A stretch of 64,000 bases of DNA from the human T2T-CHM13v2.0 reference genome, Homo sapiens: NCBI RefSeq assembly GCF_009914755.1, contig NC_060947.1; one strand, given 5' to 3'. Shown here piece by piece: positions 57,054 through 64,000 of the stretch. The stretch's first letter is position 1; each line of letters begins with the position of its first letter. The notes under the pieces are model-generated. The model worked only from the letters and a program-made list of their open reading frames with translations. It was not told the origin of the DNA and searched no databases. The translations under genes were made by a program, and so were the position numbers.

Positions 57054-57848
57054 TGTTTAGGCTACTTTTATTGAGTAATGGTTTCAATAATTGTATAATC
57101 ATTTTGTAGGTACATACTACATTCTGTGTATGATAGGATTAGTTATTTTTATTTTTATTCTAATTTGTTTGAATTCTTATCCTATTTCTGGGATTATAAT
57201 TAATTAGATTTTCCCTGGGATTAGAATAAACTCTCCTCATTCTAAACTTTCCACAGCATCAACTTGTCAGTGCTTCTGCTTCTGGATGCAGTGTAATATT
57301 AGTGAAAGCATTTCCTCTATAGGGAAAATAAATGTCGAATTATTCATGGATGTGAATACTATCCTGCCCTCCACAAAATAAAAATTAATAATAAGAAAGC
57401 AGTACAACAATGGGGTCACTGATGATTTTATCAACTAGAATTCAACAATGGTCTAATACATTCAAACTACACAGCATAAATTATTTTTCGATTATCCTAT
57501 TGAGGAGAATTACTCTGTAACCTCTAAATTGTCCAGTTAACATCATAGTGTTTTCTCAGCAAAGCGTGTCCTGTATTTACTTCACAGTGGAAATCTATGC
57601 ATAAGAGGGGAAAGATGTCTTCCTTCTAACTTTTTTCTACTCATATCAAAAAATGAAACTGAACAAATAGAATTGGGGGAAGTTTTGGCTTATAGGCACT
57701 AAGTTGATTGTGTAGTTTCATCATGGAAACTGCAAATATGGTTGCAAGATCTTGTAATAAAGTTGATTTCTAGAGACGAAGAAGTAGGTGACTGGCTGTG
57801 CTAGACAGGTTGAAGTTGTCCTGGATAACGTTTTAGGGAAATGAACTA

Positions 57849-58309
57849 CAGTGGACCCTTGTACAACATTGACTTGATCTGCACATGTCCACTTATATAA
57901 GGATTTTCTTCCTCCTCATATAAGGATTTCCTTCCTTGTCTCTGCCACCACTGAGACAGCAAGACCAATCCCTCCTCTTCTTCCTCCTCCTCAGCCTACT
58001 CAAGGTGAACATGAGGATGAAGACCTTCTTGATGATCCAATTCCACTTAGTGAATAGTAAAGATATTTTTTCTTAAGATTTTCTCAATGATGTTTTCTTT
58101 TCTCTAGCTTACTTTATTGAAAGAATAGAGTATGTAATACATATAACATACAAAATATGTGTTAATTGGCTATTTATGGTATCAGTAAGGCTTCCAGTCA
58201 ACAGTAACCTATCAGTAGTTAAGTTTTGGGGAAGTCAAAAATTATACATGGATTTTTGACTGTGTAAGGGGCTGATGCCCAGATCCCTCTGTTGTTCAGT
58301 GGTCACCTG
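57849..58309 (+). mobile_element. Tigger2a (MER28) DNA transposon
   Basis: TIRs CAGTGGACCCTTGTACAAC...GTTGTTCAGTGGTCACCTG with TA TSD on both sides. Confidence 0.9.
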
Positions 58310-58679
58310 TATGGTGATGAAGAATTGAGTGGCCGTGCTCTGTGGCGAGCATTTATAAGAAGCACTGATGGGTAAGTCTAGACAAATGAAGACCCATGGG
58401 GTGCACAATGGCAATCATCAGACATTCGATATTAAATGAAGTTCAAAGGGAAAGGCTTATGGGGTATTGCTTTGAAAATATTATTTTTCAGACTGGGATA
58501 TTGGGAACATGATTTCCTGGATTTTCATTATCCATTTCTGTAGTATTAAATGGCATTAAAGATCATGAGAAAGTCCATCTAAACTGTGATATTTTTAAAG
58601 GCATAGTTTTTCCTATATACATCAAAATGTAATGAAGCTAAATGTGTGGCCCTGTTAAAGTTAGTCAATGTTAACGGAG

Positions 58680-58830
58680 TGTCTAGCATATGCTGAGCAT
58701 ACTGACCAGGCTTGGCACATAGGAATGGATAAAAGACAGCCCTCATCTTCAAGTGCTCATCATTTAGCAGGGAGACAATGAGTATATGCGGGGGTGAATG
58801 CTGTGATAGAAACACACAGGGTATTATGAA
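58680..58830 (-). mobile_element. L2 3' fragment
   Basis: TGCTGAGCATACTGACCAGGC...AAAAGACAGCCCTCATCTTCAAGTGCTCA. Confidence 0.5.
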
Positions 58831-60380
58831 AAATGCAAACCAGAGAAAAAGTTGTTTTACCTATGAATGAAGATTTCCCTGAACACTTCCCAGTGCAGTG
58901 TGGCTTCAATAAAGTCTGAAAAGAAAAGGTGGAGTTATTCAGAAGAATGGGGTGACAGTGAGAGGAGAAATTTTGCTCCAAGGACTAAAATAGAATTTGC
59001 CAAGTTTACAAAGGCTGAGACGTCTGAAATAACTTATGTGAATTGGATGTACATGTGATAAAAATAGAGTGAGAGGAAGATCATATATTGGGGAACACAT
59101 AAATAGTCCTAAAATAAAGATTTCAACCTGGTTGGCCATTTCACTGAAATTTTTGTCATGGAAGATGTGGCATCCTGGCAGCCCCTGTCAAAATGAGATG
59201 CCATTCAAAAGTAAATGAGCAACTCTGCCTTGTGTTTGCTGAAATGAGCATTGATTAAATGAAGACACGGGACGCACAATCAGAGGAGGAGGTGGTGAGG
59301 GAGAAAACTATTATGCTCGCACAAATATCCTGCAGAACTGGCTCTTAAGCAATCTGAGTTATCCTCAACTTAAACTCATATGGACTTTTCTATAGGACCC
59401 TAAATTCTATGCCTTTTCCTTGACCAAGATCAAGGATCTTGAGTCTACCATAGGAAACTTCAGAAACAATGAAATTGAGAAGCTGTCACGCAAGGAATGA
59501 AAATGAAGCTATGATTAAGTCAATGGAATTGTTAACACATGAATAAGGACCAATTAGATTCACAGAAAAAGGCGATGAGGTGTAATGTCCTGTATATAAA
59601 TTGTCATTTTTTGGAAGGTTAGTGGTTTCAATCAGCAGGGGAAGGTAGCATACTTATTTCTGAAATTGTTTCTGAGAGTAACCAGCAAAATAAATTAGAC
59701 AAGTCTCCAGAGAATCTAAACTCACCTGCATGTAGAAAAGAAAAATATCATTCTTAATAGACGCATAGATAAAAGAAAAAAAAGAAAACAGGTGACATGA
59801 GAGGTGATATGGGATGCCCTTTAATCTCTAACCAGAATTATCTGGGCTCACTTGCCAGTAATGCTTGATGTTTTATCTGACAAACCTTACGGGAGACTTT
59901 TAGTGACAACTCACCCTCTTCCATGAGGGGAAAGTGCTTTTTAAGAGAAAGCGTATCACTCAAATGTTTTTTAATTGCTTTAATTTTCCTTTTCAAGTGA
60001 TTTTAGAGTAACCACACTCAGATTCCTGAGAGTGATTTTTGGGTTGTTAGAATAGCTCATTCATGTATCCAGCTCACTACTAAAATGGATATTAACGTTT
60101 TTCAGTGACTAGAGCTTCGAATAAGGTGCACTATATGATGATATTTGTATAAGAAGTGCTAATGACACAAAAATATTCTTATGTTGGTTGTGAATTTATT
60201 CACTCCTTTAATTTTTTTGAATAATGAGTATTTTTTGAAATAATGAGTGTTGGTGTGCAACTTGATTGAACAAAAAGTTGTTTTAAAATGTAAAGATGAG
60301 ATGAGTGTAGACACACTAAAGTGGTTGCATTGCTGATAAATGTATTACATTTTTGAATGTACACCTTGTAGCTTCTATCA

Positions 60381-60619
60381 CAGAGGTCTGTAAACTTTTA
60401 TTTTTTTTTCTGTGGAGGGACAGAGAGTAAATCTTTTTGTCTTCACAAGCCATACAGTCTCAGTTGCACCACTCAACTCTGCCTCTGTAGTGCCATGGGC
60501 AGTTCAAAATGAATGGAGCAGCTGCATTCTGTGGACATAGCTGAGGTAAAATAAAACTTTATTTACAAAAACAGGCAGTGGGCCGATTTTAACCACGGGC
60601 TGCAGTTTACTGATGCCTG
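60381..60619 (+). mobile_element. MER58A (hAT-Charlie)
   Basis: CAGAGGTCTGTAAAC...AATAAAACTTTATTTACAAAAACAGG...GTTTACTGATGCCTG; 8-bp TSD TTCTATCA/CTGTATCA. Confidence 0.85.
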
Positions 60620-63606
60620 CTGTATCATAATGCAGAATAAGGATAAAAACCAAATTCTAAACACATTCCTTCAAAAAGTTATTTGAGTGACTTTAGAATT
60701 TCCAATGCATTCATCCTGGGAGATACATAAGTCTCATTTTGGTGAAACTGGCTACGTTGAGTGAAACTTGTAATGCTTGAAATGTTCAATATTTGATACA
60801 TGTCTGAAATATTTGCAAAAGTTTTAAATGTCTCAGAAAGAAAAAAAACAATAGATGTTGCGTTCAGTAGAGAAGGCAGGATATATACTATGTATATATT
60901 GTGTCTCTTCTCATTAAATATGTATTGTAATGTCTGCACTGTCCTTCACTCATTCAAAGAATAAATTCAAAGTTTCTTGTTTCATTTAGTCTTTAATCTG
61001 AGATCCAAGCTTCTTCCTAAAGTGGTGCTCGTATATGTTTTCAAATATATATCCCTCTTGCCAACTCTCTAACTCTTTGAAAGAGGTCTTGTTTTCATTT
61101 TTTGTTTCATTTCTTGCACAGCTCTTGTACACAATATTCTCTGAACCTTTGCTTTAATCTTTCCATTTTGCCTGGATTTTCCTCTTTTTTTCTACTTTCT
61201 AAGTACTTATCCTGTTAAGGCCTAACTCTATACCTGCTCTTCGCTACATTTTGTCCAAATAAGGAGTTAAAATAACACCTGTGGTAGAAAGAAACCCTGG
61301 ATCATTAAAGCCTTTAACAAATTCTTTAGTTACTATATAGTCCCTATAATCTTCATTTCTACATTATATACACTTGCTTTCTCCAACAAGTACAATGATA
61401 CTGGTGATTGTGCCTTATCTCATCGGTATGGGCAGTATTTTGGAAATAACCTTGGCATTAGAAAAAGTTTATGCTCAACAAAATTTAATATTCTAGCTGA
61501 TGGTTAAAGTTGGGAGTTTCCCAAAATATACATATTTTAGATAATGTAATTATTTATCAAATCTATTAACTTATATGAGGCATTTTGTGCCAAAAGTAAA
61601 TAAACCACCTTAAAGAGCCTGATTCCATGCAAAGCAAATTGTTTTCGTCCATTCAGGGAATCCAGCAATGAAAGTGGTACATCTGAGGTTTTCTCTTATT
61701 TTTTCCCCTCTTACAACTAATAATGGTAATAGATTTTGTAGTCCCCAACAGAATCTTTTTAAAACTTTGTTTTTACTTTCTGATTTCCAAAGGTGTCAAG
61801 ACACATGGATCTTGTAATACCACCAAATTAGTTTTGACCAGGCAGAATGATTTAATTGCCACAGGACTTGGTGAATTTAACCACTCTCATTTAGCTTTAA
61901 AATGTGCATGCCTTAGTTATTAAAATCATCTGGTCAAAACGTCACCCTTTTTAAAATCCAGGGCACAGAGTACATAGTCAGTAAGAGATTTTGGGTATTA
62001 TTTTTGTTTTTAATTATATTGATCTCTTTTCACTCTTTCAAAATAAGTAAACTAAGCAAACCGTGAGTATTTTTTCACAATTTGCTCAATTTTAATCCAA
62101 GGGCAAAATGAGGATTTAAAAAATCTCAATTTTCCAAGTCAGTAGAAGTAATAGGCACAGAGTTATTGAAATATGCAGCATAATTGTCATCATTTCTTGT
62201 CTTCTCCAATCTTTTTCTTACCCAAACCCCAGATATTATTTTTACCTCTGTTGTAATCATATGGTGAAGCAACATAAAATTGCAGAAAGGCATGCTAATG
62301 AAATCTACCCTAAACATGTCCAAAATTAAACTTTACAGAAAATAAGACAGTCCTATTTATAGACACAGTATTTTTATTCCATTGCTTCTATATAAGAAGT
62401 ATATAAACATCTCCGATGGCTGAGTTTCACAGATAGTGACTAAATCTAATTTTGCAAATAATTGCAACCATCTGAAGGAGAAAATTGACTTGCTTTCCGC
62501 TGTCATAATCTTGTCTTTCTTCTTCCCTAACTTTCTCTCTCCCAGTGCCCTTGTCAGAATCATTTAGCCTTTTCTTGGTGCTCTTATGCAGTGTTTACAT
62601 ATACAGAGTGAAGTAAAGAAATCATTCTATCGGGATTTTATGTCTCCATGTTTTTAAGCACCTGGTAGATTATTACCTCATTTTTGGCAGGTAGCATGTC
62701 TTATCTACTTTAAGTTTCCTGTTGTATTGCTCCGTATTTGGCACATATTAGACGTTATTAAATAAATACGATAATCAATTGCAATAAAATAAACCACAGA
62801 GGATAAAGACAGAGAGGGGATAGATTCTCTATACTTAAATTTGACTCCAGATGCTTTCAGTCACATTTAATAATTTCCATATTCTAACAGCATTATATTT
62901 GCTGCAGAAAAATATTCAATATTTTTCATTTTGTTAATGATATTTCCTGTTTTGGAAGCACTATGGATTCTTAGGATGAGAAGAAAGTTCGATGTTGATA
63001 AGGTTTTAGATCACAACAGTCATAAGCTTGATGTATAATTTGCCTTTTAAGACATGAGTAATTGCTCCTTTGTTTTTAAAAATATGTTGAATAAACCAAT
63101 CTATCTATAAACACTTTGCTTTTCAGGGGGCAACAACATTAAGACAAAACTATTCCTGTCCTTTAAAAATCTATTTTTAGAGTAACTTGTTTACAGATTC
63201 ATTCCAGAAAGCTGGAAATTAATGGGAAATAACTTGGGTGCTTAGTAGTATGAGAAAACTTCCAGATACTTATCGGAATGCACTTCCAGCTCTTAAAATT
63301 TACTCTAGTAGGAACAGTCTACTTATACAGTGGAAAAAGTGTGTTCTCAATGGTACCTCATCTCCAATTGATCTGTTCACTACAGTCTGGGGATATGTGT
63401 TATTAGTTTTGTGGGCAAATATCCTGCAAAGCATTCTCTCCAGAACAATATCTTGAATATTGTGTTTTGGATAGTTGGCATTCACAATATACATAATTCG
63501 ACTTATTTATGTGCCCATGGCAATTTAGTGCTTACATCAAATCATTAACTACTATTCACAGTCCTCCATATCCTATATGATAAACACAGTGAGATATACT
63601 TTAGAT

Positions 63607-64000
63607 ATCAGAAGACAAGAAATAACCAAATATCAGGGCTGAACTGAAGGAGATTGAGATAAGAAAAATCATTTAAAAGATCGCCAAATCCAGGATCTGT
63701 TTTTTTGCAAAAAAAAAAAAAAAAAATTAGATCACTAGATAGACTAATAAAGAAGAAAAGAGAGATGATTCAAGTAAACACAATCAGAAATGACTAGAGG
63801 GATATTACCACTGACTCCACAGAAATACAACCAACCACCAGAGAATATTATGAACACTTTTATGCACATAAACTTAGAAAATCTAGAAGAAATGGGTAAA
63901 TTCCTGGACCCATACACACATATACCCTTCCAAGACTGAAGCAGGAAGAAATTGAATCCAATAATCCAGACCAATAACGAGCTCTGAAATTAAGACAGTA
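63607..64000 (+). mobile_element. Older primate L1 (L1PA/L1P4-like) ORF2 fragment, 5'-truncated, continues beyond the window
   Basis: CAGAAGACAAGAAATAACCAAA...CTGAACTGAAGGAGATTGAG...GAAAATCTAGAAGAAATGG; frameshifts and stops. Confidence 0.92.

Noticed and set aside
56576-57109. Longest ORFs (151-156 aa, F/L/S-rich or K/R/E-rich)
   Set aside because: Products of the stop-poor polypurine tract

Overview
AT-rich primate (human-like; it carries an AluY) non-coding genomic DNA. I see no protein-coding gene, RNA gene, CRISPR array or novel biological system. The ORFs I could place come from Alu, LTR, L1 or simple-repeat sequence, and the rest look like random open frames. The window is dominated by transposon fossils: about 22 Alu/FRAM/FLAM elements, about 30 LTR pieces (ERV1-class LTR8, LTR1, LTR9/MER61, MER50, MER39/MER34, MER72, MER31; MaLR THE1/MST/MLT1), DNA transposons (MER47A, MER44B, Tigger2a, MER58A, MADE1), and old L1/L2/MIR fragments. 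Many have target-site duplications (TSDs) readable in the sequence. Subfamily names come from my recall of consensus sequences and need RepeatMasker/Dfam confirmation. The most unusual structures are: (1) a complex templated inverted insertion at 45386-45703 built from copies of both flanks; (2) an apparent L1-retrotransposed fragment of a polyadenylated MER41-type LTR transcript at ~28.8 kb; (3) an L1MB element carrying five LTR insertions at 47-50.7 kb; (4) a HUERS-P1/P2/P3 solo-LTR cluster with a p53-consensus site; (5) a symmetric mini-MADE1 hairpin; (6) a short telomeric insert; and (7) a three-arm Alu.
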